Virus record (IMG/VR): IMGVR_UViG_3300010411_000004
Coordinates: 1 to 38,866 of that record
Length of the DNA stretch: 38,866 nt
Reading direction: 5' to 3' (one strand)
Origin: a virus
Positions 1 through 7,889 of this stretch are shown here, one piece after another. The translations under genes were made by a program, and so were the position numbers. The first letter of the stretch is position 1; every line of letters starts with the position of its first letter. A model generated the notes under the pieces. That model made no database searches. It was not told the origin of the DNA and saw only the letters and a list, made by a program, of their open reading frames with translations.

Positions 1-99
1 GCTCCGGACGGTGCGGATGTGGCGGAGTGGGTGCAGGATGCGATTGACCGCTATAACATGTTGGATCGCTTTGGCGCGTTCAAATACAAGAAGGCAGCG
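1..99. repeat. Terminal redundancy copy 1, identical to 38768..38866
   Basis: Read directly: gctccggacggtgcggatgtggcggag...caaatacaagaaggcagcg occurs at both window ends. Confidence 0.95.
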
Positions 100-2364
100 G
101 AGCGGGCCGATGCGGTGGGCTGGCTGGAAACCAGGATCGAGACAGAGCTGAAGGAGCAGGAAGAGCGGCGGGCCGCGGTGAAGGCTGAGGCCGAAGAGAT
201 CCAGAAGGCGCTGGATGCGGCGCTTCCGCGCCGCAAGACGGCGGGGCATAATGTGCGTTCAGTGGCCGAACGTTTTGCAGACAGTAATTCGCAGGTGCTT
301 TTCCTCGAACAGCGGTTGCTGGAAATTCCAATGTTTGGAAAAGACGCGGACCGCAAGAAGGCCGAGAAGATGATGAAGGCGCTGGCGTTTGATCTGGCGG
401 CGGCCAATTTCCACAAAAACAACAAGGTGGCGGAAGATAACCGGGCGTTCGGGCAGTCCATCGAGCAGATTTACGGAGTGCGTTTTGCGGAAAACGAGCT
501 GAAGGCACTGATGAAGCCGCTGGATGCGTTCCGGAAGTTCAGTATGGACGGGCAGGCGCTGAGCCGCGCTCAGGTGTTGCAGATGCTTGGGATGCTGGCG
601 CAAGAGGATATTCGCAGTCGGGCGGGCATTCTTCGGGAGATCGAGCAGAAACTTGAAACCGGAAACGTGAAACTTGAAGGCAAGGCGGAGGATATTGCTC
701 AGAGCCTTTGGCAGACGCCGGATGAGTTTATCAAGTACCGTACGTCCAAAGGGGTTGAGCTGAACAGCTATGAGCTGTTGCAGGCCGTGCGCGGGGTGCA
801 GGATGGGAGCAAACTGGCGCGCCGGTTGGAGTTGGAACCGGCAATGATTCAGGCGTTGCGCGAAACGAGCCCGGCCGACTTCGAGTTGCTGGATTGGTTC
901 CGGAAATACTATTTCAACAATCGCGCCGCGCTGAGCGAGGTGAATAAGCAGGTGACCGGCTTTGTGATTCAGCCGCCGGATGCGCTTTATATTCCGTCGA
1001 AGGTCGATTTCCGCCGGTCGCCGATTAAGTCGGTGAACATTTCCATGCCGGTGGTTCCGCCGTCGCTCACGCCGCGCGTGTTCAATACCCGCGATCTGTC
1101 GGAAAGTGCGGACATCATCAGCATTTACATGAGCCGTCTGGAGAGCAACGAGCATTTCATCAACTTTGCAAAACTGCATCAGCGGGTCGCGGGCATCTTC
1201 GGGGATCCGGAATTGACCCGCTCGCTGGAGCTGACGCACGGCAAGCGGTTTTCGGATCAGTTGGGGGTGCATCTGCGCGACGTATTGAGCGGCCAGCCGA
1301 TCACCGGCGGCAAGATGGAAGTGATTGATGGCCTGGTCAACTTCTTTGCGGTAACCCGGCTGGGGTGGAACCTGAGCCTGTTCCCGAAACAGCTCACCTC
1401 TCTACCGTCCTTTGCTATGTATGTTGACAGCCAGGCGTTCTTCTCGCATATCGGCAGCGCCTTTTCTCCGGAAGGAATCGCCGCCATGAAAGAGATTCTG
1501 GCGAGTCCGCACGCAAAAACCCGCATGCGTACTGGGCAGACGCAAGTGGATCGCGACATTCTGAGCGGAATGAATGAAAACGGGATGACGGTTTGGGAGT
1601 TTTATAAACGCTTTGGGCGTTATCCAACCATGGCCGGTGACATCGGGCCGACGCTGGTATTCGGGCAGGGATATTACCGCGCCATGCTGGACGATGCGGC
1701 CAAGCAGGGAATGCGGACGGATGAGGGCAAGGAATGGGCGATGGATCAGCTTTGGCGGCTGGTTGAGATGAGCCAGCAGTCTGGCAGTCTGATCAATATG
1801 GCGGAGTGGCAGCGGCACGGTGGAAGCGCGGGTCGCGCGCTGGGCCAGTTCATTTCAACTCCGTCGCAGTTTTGGGCGAAGCAGGTATTTGACTGGCGCG
1901 ACTGGCGGGCGGCGATTGAGGCGGAAGGCAACGGATCGGATCGCGCGAAAGCGGCGGCCGCTCAGTTGGCAAAAACCACGCTGATCAACCATATTCTGCT
2001 TCCGGGGCTGTATAACGGGGTGCGCATTCTGTGGAACGGCATGCTGGGCGAACCGCCGGACAAGAAAGATGCGCTGGCGCTTTTGAGCAGCGTCCTTGTC
2101 GGGCCGTTTGCTGGAATTGTTGTACTCGGTTCTGTTGTTGAGGGTATTGCGTCCGGTCTTATAACTGGACAAGTGCGTTTCGGCGGAGATGATATGATTC
2201 CAATCTCTGGAATTGCATCGGACGCGCAGACGCTGGCGGCAGCGATGAACGAGCTGTTTAATGGCGACTTTGACGCAACGCTCAAGGATCTGAATCGGAT
2301 ACTGAAGGGAATGGCCCCACCCTACCGCGACGCTTCCAAGGCATGGAAGAACTATAGCGAGTAA
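1..2364 (+). CDS. 3' part of the giant internal virion/ejection protein, continuing from 33086..38866
   Basis: Frame 1 is open from base 1 to the TAA at 2362..2364. Codons 1..99 repeat the last 33 codons of the open frame at the window end (APDGADVAEWVQDAIDRY...). The C-terminus has hydrophobic helices (ALALLSSVLVGPFAGIVVLGSVVEGIASGLITG). The GTG at 19 used by the ORF track is internal. Confidence 0.85.
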   Translation, partial: APDGADVAEWVQDAIDRYNMLDRFGAFKYKKAAERADAVGWLETRIETELKEQEERRAAVKAEAEEIQKALDAALPRRKTAGHNVRSVAERFADSNSQVLFLEQRLLEIPMFGKDADRKKAEKMMKALAFDLAAANFHKNNKVAEDNRAFGQSIEQIYGVRFAENELKALMKPLDAFRKFSMDGQALSRAQVLQMLGMLAQEDIRSRAGILREIEQKLETGNVKLEGKAEDIAQSLWQTPDEFIKYRTSKGVELNSYELLQAVRGVQDGSKLARRLELEPAMIQALRETSPADFELLDWFRKYYFNNRAALSEVNKQVTGFVIQPPDALYIPSKVDFRRSPIKSVNISMPVVPPSLTPRVFNTRDLSESADIISIYMSRLESNEHFINFAKLHQRVAGIFGDPELTRSLELTHGKRFSDQLGVHLRDVLSGQPITGGKMEVIDGLVNFFAVTRLGWNLSLFPKQLTSLPSFAMYVDSQAFFSHIGSAFSPEGIAAMKEILASPHAKTRMRTGQTQVDRDILSGMNENGMTVWEFYKRFGRYPTMAGDIGPTLVFGQGYYRAMLDDAAKQGMRTDEGKEWAMDQLWRLVEMSQQSGSLINMAEWQRHGGSAGRALGQFISTPSQFWAKQVFDWRDWRAAIEAEGNGSDRAKAAAAQLAKTTLINHILLPGLYNGVRILWNGMLGEPPDKKDALALLSSVLVGPFAGIVVLGSVVEGIASGLITGQVRFGGDDMIPISGIASDAQTLAAAMNELFNGDFDATLKDLNRILKGMAPPYRDASKAWKNYSE
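326..340. repeat. TTCCAA-TGT-TTGGAA palindrome, perfect copy
   Basis: Read directly. It lies inside the giant ORF (codons IPMFGK). Confidence 0.9.
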
Positions 2365-2382
2365 ATGCAATCCAGTTCCGCC

Positions 2383-2396
2383 GGTTGCGTACATAG
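2383..2396 (+). promoter_or_regulatory. Conserved 14-mer GGTTGCGTACATAG, copy 1 (candidate late promoter)
   Basis: Identical 14-mers occur at 21491..21504 and 25110..25123. This copy lies 19 nt after the giant ORF stop and 18 nt before the ATG at 2415, with the RBS AAGGAG in between. Confidence 0.5.
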
Positions 2397-2414
2397 GCAG
2401 AAGGAGTTCTGTCT

Positions 2415-2891
2415 ATGAGAAAAATACTTGTCGTTTTGTTTATTGTCGCCGCCTGCTTGGTTGCTCGGGCAGAAACCTGGGTGATGACCATCACCGCCAG
2501 CACGCGCGGGATTCCCTCGCAGAATATCAGCACCAATGATGTTACGGCCTGGACAAATGGGATCAGCGTTTCGGCCGGTGGGTATTATTCCAGCGGCGGC
2601 CGAACCTATATGGCGACATCGGCGGGGACATCAACGAATGCTCCGGCGCAGCGGATGGGCGCGGCAACCGGCGCGGACGGTGTGAGCTGGTTAACCTGTA
2701 TTTCAACCCTTGGAAATAAGGGGGTTGTCGCCTGCGTTCTGAGTGGGGATGAGGTTCATTATAACCGCAATGCTGCCGCAACCACGAACATGCCGTGGAC
2801 GGTTAAGGATGTATTTGATCCATCTCGCGGCGACTGGCGGTTTATTCCAGCTGGCGGCGGTACTTCTACCGTGTCGTTTCTCGAACTATAA
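2415..2891 (+). CDS. Secreted small protein, possible CBM5/12-like carbohydrate-binding motif
   Basis: RBS AAGGAG at 2401..2406. Sec-type signal MRKILVVLFIVAACLVARA/ET. The mature part contains WTNGISVSAGGYYSSGGRTYMATSAGTSTNAP, which resembles the W..G..V..G..Y.A pattern of CBM5/12. Confidence 0.8.
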   Translation: MRKILVVLFIVAACLVARAETWVMTITASTRGIPSQNISTNDVTAWTNGISVSAGGYYSSGGRTYMATSAGTSTNAPAQRMGAATGADGVSWLTCISTLGNKGVVACVLSGDEVHYNRNAAATTNMPWTVKDVFDPSRGDWRFIPAGGGTSTVSFLEL

Positions 2892-2900
2892 GGAGCCTGC

Positions 2901-4247
2901 ATGAAACACTCTATTTTTATCCTGCTGATTGCGGTTTTCTGTTTTGGGCCTTTGCGTCCATGTCCGGCTCAGGTTGAGTCAAAAATAGTTCCGGCCGGCA
3001 ACGTTCCGGTATCGATTCGTCCCGGCCTGCTGGGGGACTCTGGGATGAGTTTGATTGACTTCCAAACCTTGGAAACAAATGCAGTTCTACGCACAGACAT
3101 CGATGGCGGGTGGTTTTATCCGGACTGGTTCGCGTGGAGCTTTACGCAGGTGGCCGCCGATGGCATACCGGACACGACGACAGTCACCACGAATAATGAT
3201 GTCGTCGTCGAAAACAACGTCTATGAAGCTAAGGCTGGAAACTGGAATATCACATATTCATCAATCCGCTCTGCTGATTTTTCTAGCCCAGCCGTTGATT
3301 CATCAACCCCATCTGTGGCCACGGCAACCGTTTCGAAAGTCACCTATGTTTCCAGTGGAACGGCAGAAATAACCGCTACACTCGGTGCCTTCAGCCGCAC
3401 CACCAATCTGGTCATGGAGGTTGTTAGTTCTCTAAGCAATCAGGTTGTTATTGGCTGCGTGAGTGGATCGGCAGTCTGCGCATTTGCGAATGGGATCGAC
3501 AGCCGCTTAACCGATGGAACTGACAAGGCCGTTTATTCCACGCAGGATCACGCCGCCACCAACTATGTGCGTAACGCATCGAGCTGGGTGGCCGACATCG
3601 ATCTAACCTGCGTCAGCCCATGGAATAGCACGGAAGGTCGTTTGCGTGCCGGAACGCTCATCGGATCAGACTGCATAATATTTGCCAACCACTACCAAAT
3701 TGGCGCCGGCGCAACCGTTCGCTTTGTCACCTCAGATAACCGGGTAATCTCGCGCACCCTGGTCTCGAAGATCGGGAGCTACACAGGTGACTGGTGCGTC
3801 GGAAAGCTGTCATCTGCAATCTCAACAAACGATTGCCGCCCGGCGCTATTGCTTCCGGAGGATGAATCGTCTTACATGCCGTATCTTGATTATCGCGGCA
3901 TCCGCGCCGCCCTTTGGGTCGATCAATACGAAAACGCCTACGTCGGCGAGTTGCGCACCACGTCTCATATCGTTTCGTCCACCGACGCAACGAGATCTCT
4001 ATATGCCAAAGCCCCAATCGTCGGTGACTCCGGCAGCCCGGTGCTCCTAATTGCCGACTCTATGGCCGCGCCAATTTTCTGCGGAACGCTTTGGAGTTCG
4101 ATGGGCGGGCTTGGATCAACCGTCAGCTACAACGCCGCCATTCGCGTCGCCGCCGCAACCCTCGGATGCGCCACCAACACCATTGTCGATGTCTACTTTT
4201 CCGCCGCAGGCTTCATTAACTTTAATCCAGGCCCCGGTACACCGTAG
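2901..4247 (+). CDS. Secreted protein with an Ig-like region and a C-terminal trypsin/chymotrypsin-like serine peptidase domain
   Basis: RBS AAGGAG at 2889..2894. Signal MKHSIFILLIAVFCFGPLRPCPA/QV. A Big_2-like stretch reads ATVSKVTYVSSGTAEITATLG. The candidate triad is H264 (FANHY), D297 (GDWCVGKL) and S377 (IVGDSGSPVLL, codon 4029..4031), with S1-like spacing. Confidence 0.8.
   Translation: MKHSIFILLIAVFCFGPLRPCPAQVESKIVPAGNVPVSIRPGLLGDSGMSLIDFQTLETNAVLRTDIDGGWFYPDWFAWSFTQVAADGIPDTTTVTTNNDVVVENNVYEAKAGNWNITYSSIRSADFSSPAVDSSTPSVATATVSKVTYVSSGTAEITATLGAFSRTTNLVMEVVSSLSNQVVIGCVSGSAVCAFANGIDSRLTDGTDKAVYSTQDHAATNYVRNASSWVADIDLTCVSPWNSTEGRLRAGTLIGSDCIIFANHYQIGAGATVRFVTSDNRVISRTLVSKIGSYTGDWCVGKLSSAISTNDCRPALLLPEDESSYMPYLDYRGIRAALWVDQYENAYVGELRTTSHIVSSTDATRSLYAKAPIVGDSGSPVLLIADSMAAPIFCGTLWSSMGGLGSTVSYNAAIRVAAATLGCATNTIVDVYFSAAGFINFNPGPGTP
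3060..3074. repeat. TTCCAA-ACC-TTGGAA palindrome, perfect copy
   Basis: Read directly. It lies inside CDS 2901..4247 (codons FQTLE). Confidence 0.9.
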
Positions 4248-4255
4248 GAGATGCC

Positions 4256-5047
4256 ATGAAAAAAATGATTTTGCCAATAATGATTTTGCCAATGCTATTC
4301 CTATCCGGATTTGCCGCCGACCAGACGATCGCTCCGCTTCCAAAAATGACCGCCGCCGAAGCGTCCGAAACCGTACTCCCAGACGGCGTGATCGTTCGCA
4401 TCACCGATACATCGCCCGCCGATGTGCGCGTCGGCGACGGAGAAACCGCTGGCGGAATTCAAATCGGCGACGGCGAAGGCTGGCAGGAAGGCGACACCCT
4501 CACGCAAGATCTCTACACTGGCGGTCACACCATCCACCTCGGCGACTGGTCGATCCTAACTCTTGGCGGATGGGGCGCTATTGCGGGCGGCTCTGAATCG
4601 GTCTCTAACGACGGGACAATGCAATTCTCTGTGCTCGGCAGCATCCTCTTTGAGCTATCCAGCGAAAGCTCGCTCGTCAACATTAGCTCATTCGTCTGGG
4701 TCTCTCCGTACTTTGAAATAACAACGCTGCGCGGCGAAGTGCAACCCACCATCATGTTTTCCAGCAACCTCGTCTCCGGCGCTTGGGCTGAGGCTACCGT
4801 CGCGGAAGTTGTCACCAACGAAACCACCTTTGTTTTTAAAGTCGAAGCTCCAACGTCATACGGCTACTTCCGCGCCACCATCCCCAGCGGAAGCGGATCT
4901 ATGGCGAATTTTACAGCAACGATCCGGCAGAACGGAGAGCCGGTTGTAACAACTGGCACGGTGAATCTTTCCGGCCGACTTTTTGATGATGGGACAAATC
5001 TATTTGTAGTCGTTGGATCAGTGACAAATCAGCTTACAAGCAATTAA
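4256..5047 (+). CDS. Secreted protein with a tail-fibre-like Mtd_N-type motif
   Basis: RBS AGGAG lies 5 nt upstream. Signal MKKMILPIMILPMLFLSGFA/AD. VIVRITDTSPADVRVGDGETAGG resembles the ..DT......DG.T.GG N-terminal motif of BPP-1 Mtd and fibre proteins. Confidence 0.8.
   Translation: MKKMILPIMILPMLFLSGFAADQTIAPLPKMTAAEASETVLPDGVIVRITDTSPADVRVGDGETAGGIQIGDGEGWQEGDTLTQDLYTGGHTIHLGDWSILTLGGWGAIAGGSESVSNDGTMQFSVLGSILFELSSESSLVNISSFVWVSPYFEITTLRGEVQPTIMFSSNLVSGAWAEATVAEVVTNETTFVFKVEAPTSYGYFRATIPSGSGSMANFTATIRQNGEPVVTTGTVNLSGRLFDDGTNLFVVVGSVTNQLTSN
4265..4294 (+). repeat. 15-bp tandem duplication (atgattttgccaata / atgattttgccaatg)
   Basis: Read directly, 14 of 15 bases identical. It duplicates MILPI/MILPM in the hydrophobic core of the signal peptide. 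Confidence 0.9.
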
Positions 5048-5090
5048 CGGCGAAAGCCAGCCCTAACGGGTCGATGAAAGGAATAGCGGG

Positions 5091-5381
5091 ATGACATCTG
5101 AACAGAAGGAAATTGTCAAAGAAGGCGAGGGTTTAGAGGAGGAGCTGAAAGGCGGCAAGCCGGATGCTGTTCCGCGGTCAATCGCATTTTTAATCCGCCA
5201 GCAGCGCGTTCAGATGTTTTCGGAATTTGTAACGGACAAAGAGTGCAGAAACCGGATGTTGTTGTGTCCGGGAGCAAAGCCTCCTCCGGTTCAAAAGCCG
5301 CCGTTTACTTGGGCGGCCGCTTTCGCAACGGTCAGTTCTATTGCGATTTTTTGCGGAACTCTATTTGCAATTTTTCATTAA
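5091..5381 (+). CDS. Tail-anchored membrane protein (possible holin or lysis accessory)
   Basis: 96-aa ORF with a single C-terminal TM segment, WAAAFATVSSIAIFCGTLFAIF. It sits just upstream of the spanin pair. Confidence 0.55.
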   Translation: MTSEQKEIVKEGEGLEEELKGGKPDAVPRSIAFLIRQQRVQMFSEFVTDKECRNRMLLCPGAKPPPVQKPPFTWAAAFATVSSIAIFCGTLFAIFH

Positions 5382-5420
5382 CAATTTGCCGGAATGGTTC
5401 CGGCGGAAAAGGAGAACATC

Positions 5421-5651
5421 ATGGGTAAGGAAATTCTTAAAGCCGCCGTCGGGATGCTCCCGATGTTGGCGCGCGTAGTCAGCCCGACGCTGATTCGCAA
5501 GGCAACAAGTGCCTTCATTGAAGTAATCGAAGACGGTTGCCGCAAGTCTGAAAACAAGATCGACGACGCTTTGGTATTGCCGATCTGCGCCAATATTCGT
5601 TCTGCACTGAATCTACCGGACGAAGACGGCGATAACGGTGCTGAGGAGTAA
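5421..5651 (+). CDS. Hypothetical small protein in the lysis region
   Basis: ATG at 5421 is preceded by AAGGAG (5409..5414). The product is 76 aa. I prefer this start over the 5394 start in the ORF track. Confidence 0.55.
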   Translation: MGKEILKAAVGMLPMLARVVSPTLIRKATSAFIEVIEDGCRKSENKIDDALVLPICANIRSALNLPDEDGDNGAEE

Positions 5652-5654
5652 GCA

Positions 5655-5864
5655 ATGCCTGTCTGGGGAACCATCCTAATTGGAATCATTGGGCTGGTTC
5701 TCCGGCTTATTTACAAGGCGTATCGGCAAAAGGAGCAAGATGATCGCGTTGTTAAAAAAGGGGTTGCCAGTCCTGATTTGCGGAATACTGCTGTTAAGCG
5801 GTTGCGTCAGCAAAAAGCCAAACACTCTGCCGGTGAAGGATCAGGCGGATCTCCTTCCCCCTGA
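5655..5864 (+). CDS. Type II membrane protein, candidate i-spanin or holin-like
   Basis: RBS GAGGAG at 5644..5649. N-terminal TM WGTILIGIIGLVLRLIY is followed by a charged region. The 3' end overlaps the lipoprotein ORF in another frame. Confidence 0.5.
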   Translation: MPVWGTILIGIIGLVLRLIYKAYRQKEQDDRVVKKGVASPDLRNTAVKRLRQQKAKHSAGEGSGGSPSP

Positions 5865-5982
5865 AGGGCATATTTTCAAAAAGAACGAAATCCTTCAGCT
5901 TGGAGTAGATGGTGAGTGGCGCCGGAATGATGCGCCGGTTTTCTGGCGTGGTGGGTCTATTATAACCGGGCCAGAAGAATGA
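5740..5982 (+). CDS. Outer-membrane lipoprotein, candidate o-spanin
   Basis: The internal ATG at 5740 is preceded by AAAGGAG. The signal MIALLKKGLPVLICGILLLSG/C has an L-S-G-C lipobox. The mature part is short and Pro-rich. It overlaps the upstream TM protein, which is the overlapped spanin architecture. Confidence 0.7.
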   Translation: MIALLKKGLPVLICGILLLSGCVSKKPNTLPVKDQADLLPPEGHIFKKNEILQLGVDGEWRRNDAPVFWRGGSIITGPEE

Positions 5983-6239
5983 AAAATATAGACGCACAGG
6001 CAATGCTGGACAAACACTGCTCTCAACTCATGGAACATTTCGATTGTGTTCAAATTCTTGTTACGAACGAGAATAAATAGGCCGGAACATTTTCAGGAGT
6101 ATATCGTGGTCGGGGCAACTGGTTCGGAAGGCAGGGAATGGCGCGGGATTTCATTCAATTGGATCAAGCTCATATTCAGGCAAATGAAATCGCCGGAGCA
6201 ATATTAGATGATGATCCTGGAAATGAGTGGAAAGAATGA
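5979..6239 (+). other. 87-codon reading frame interrupted by a single in-frame TAG (6078..6080)
   Basis: ATG 5979 overlaps the o-spanin stop (ATGA). It encodes MKNIDAQAMLDKHCSQLMEHFDCVQILVTNENK, then TAG. The same frame continues as AGTFSGVYRGRGNWFGRQGMARDFIQLDQAHIQANEIAGAILDDDPGNEWKE and ends at TGA 6237..6239. Confidence 0.3.
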
Positions 6240-6270
6240 CCCGCACGCTGTCAGGTCTATGGCAGAGAAT

Positions 6271-6303
6271 CCGCATCCTTGCACGGGATGCGGTTTATTT
6301 TTT
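6271..6303 (+). terminator. Rho-independent terminator at the end of the late/lysis operon
   Basis: Stem ccgcatcc, loop ttgcacg, stem ggatgcgg, followed by tttatttttt. Confidence 0.75.
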
Positions 6304-6354
6304 CCGTGATTGGTGGAACGAGTCGGAAAATCCCAATCAGGATACCTTTGAGGA

Positions 6355-7872
6355 TTAAGCCGCAACGCCAAACACTGTAAAGCGTTCCGTTTCAAAGAGC
6401 ATCATGGGTTCGTCTAAAATCGGTTTGGGTCGCCATTCTGGCACATTAGACGAACCGGGCAGGTTCACCGTTAATTCCCAACGATTTGCAGAGCGGTGTA
6501 TTCCTTTGACGTAGGTGGTGATGAGCTGTCGCTGGTCTTTCGGATTCCCTTCTGCCGCGTCGATGAGTTTGCTGATGTTTTTGAGGCGGAGGGCAAAGCC
6601 GATGATTTCTTCTTCTACTTCTTTGGATGGGCCGCAACAGCTCTCGGCGGCTGCCAGCTGGCCGGTGAGCCGGTTGGTTTCTGCGGTGGCCTGTGCCAGT
6701 TCTTTGTTCATGAGATCGGCGTTGTCCGCCGTGATGAGTCCGTCGATGAACATGCGGGTGAGCCGTTCTTTTTTGCTTTTCGCGCGGGTGAGCGCCCGGC
6801 GCAGATCGGGAGCTTCCGGCTGGGCGGTGCGGCGTTTTTCGGCGGCAAGGCGGATGCTGTCGACAATGCGGTCGATGTCGGCTTCTTCAAGACGGATGGA
6901 GCGCAGGATGGCGAGCACTTCGGTTTCGAGTTCCGGAGCGGAGGTGCGGGAGCAGCAGGTTTCGCGGTCGGTGCACTGGTAGTAATGATAACGCTGTGTG
7001 CGGCCGTGGGCTGAGGCGGGTGTCATGGCGCGGCCGCAATCGCAGGTGATGAGGCCGGTGAGCAGGTAGGGATATTTCTGCATGGAGGGTCGCGGGGCGT
7101 GGCCGTGTTCGGGGATGATGCGCTGGCAGCTGGCAAATAGATCGGGACTGATGAGCGGTTCGTGCTGCCCTTTGTGTTCCTGACCGGCATAGGGAAGCCT
7201 GCCGAGATAAATGCGGTTGCGCAGGATGTAGAGGACGGTGTTGGTTGCCAGTCCGTAGCTGCGGGCGAGTTCGCGCGGGCCGGTTCCGCCGGCAGAACGG
7301 AGGAATATTTCCCGGACGTGTTCCGCCTTTTCAGGATCCGGAATTAGCCGGTTGTCGCGTTTTCCGGCGCGTTTATAGCCGTAGGGCAGAACCCCGACCG
7401 GCCAGAGCCCTTTGGCGGCGATGGAGTTCATCTTCATGCGGGTGCGTTCGGCGCAGAATTCGCGCTCCATCTGGGCGATGGAGAGCAGGATGTTGATGAC
7501 GCCTCTGCCGGATGGTGTCGAGCTGTTGAGCCCCTGCGCGGTGGCAAGGAGGTGCTTTCCGTTGGCATGGAAGAGTTCGAGGGCATTAACGGCATCGGAG
7601 ATTGAGCGGCTGAAGCGGTCGAGGTGGCGCACCACCAGAGCGTCCCATGTGGCGGAGCCGGATTTGACATCGGCAATGATCTGCATCCATCCGGGGCGTT
7701 TAGACGAACCGCCGCTTTCAAACTCATCAGTGACTACGCCAAGAACCTCCCCTTCCGGATCGGTGGCAAGGACGAAGGCGCGGCACTGTGCGGCCTGATC
7801 GGTGACGGTGGTTTCGCCGCCCGTCCAGCTGGAGCCTTTTGGTGATACTCGGGTGTAGATGAGATATTTCAT
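6355..7872 (-). CDS. Large serine recombinase (integrase)
   Basis: MKYLIYTRVS contains the catalytic Ser motif. VVRHLDRFSRS is present. A recombinase domain is followed by a Cys-rich zinc ribbon (CDCG...YYQC) and a C-terminal coiled coil. The ATG at 7872 is preferred over the 7926 start in the ORF track. Confidence 0.92.
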   Translation of the reverse strand: MKYLIYTRVSPKGSSWTGGETTVTDQAAQCRAFVLATDPEGEVLGVVTDEFESGGSSKRPGWMQIIADVKSGSATWDALVVRHLDRFSRSISDAVNALELFHANGKHLLATAQGLNSSTPSGRGVINILLSIAQMEREFCAERTRMKMNSIAAKGLWPVGVLPYGYKRAGKRDNRLIPDPEKAEHVREIFLRSAGGTGPRELARSYGLATNTVLYILRNRIYLGRLPYAGQEHKGQHEPLISPDLFASCQRIIPEHGHAPRPSMQKYPYLLTGLITCDCGRAMTPASAHGRTQRYHYYQCTDRETCCSRTSAPELETEVLAILRSIRLEEADIDRIVDSIRLAAEKRRTAQPEAPDLRRALTRAKSKKERLTRMFIDGLITADNADLMNKELAQATAETNRLTGQLAAAESCCGPSKEVEEEIIGFALRLKNISKLIDAAEGNPKDQRQLITTYVKGIHRSANRWELTVNLPGSSNVPEWRPKPILDEPMMLFETERFTVFGVAA

Positions 7873-7889
7873 AGGGAAGACCTTAGACT

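Noticed and set aside
1-99. A physical T7-like direct terminal repeat.
   Set aside because: The repeat lies in frame inside a coding sequence and has a k-mer-like length. An assembly overlap of a circular or permuted genome is more likely. This is not proven.
19-2364. The ORF-track call of a 781-aa protein starting at GTG 19.
   Set aside because: The frame is already open from base 1 and is continuous with the open frame at the other end of the circular sequence. GTG 19 is an internal Val codon.
4051-4596. 181-aa plus-strand ORF bridging genes 2901..4247 and 4256..5047.
   Set aside because: It is an Arg/Pro-rich alternative frame with no RBS. It overlaps two ORFs that have RBSs and signal peptides.
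4256-5047. A diversity-generating retroelement, considered because of the Mtd_N-like motif and the Bbp19-like protein reminiscent of Bordetella phage BPP-1.
   Set aside because: No reverse-transcriptase-like ORF (no YxDD-type motif seen) and no template/variable repeat pair were noticed anywhere in the window.
6078-6080. Genome-wide TAG reassignment, as in some recoded phages.
   Set aside because: There is only a single in-frame TAG. The other genes terminate cleanly with TAA or TGA, and the one TAG stop at 4245..4247 is followed by TGA nine nucleotides (three codons) later. There is no suppressor tRNA in the window.
6496-7014. Plus-strand ORFs (6496..7014, 6515..6982, 7412..7798) inside the integrase locus.
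   Set aside because: They are antisense to a clearly recognisable large serine recombinase and have low-complexity composition.
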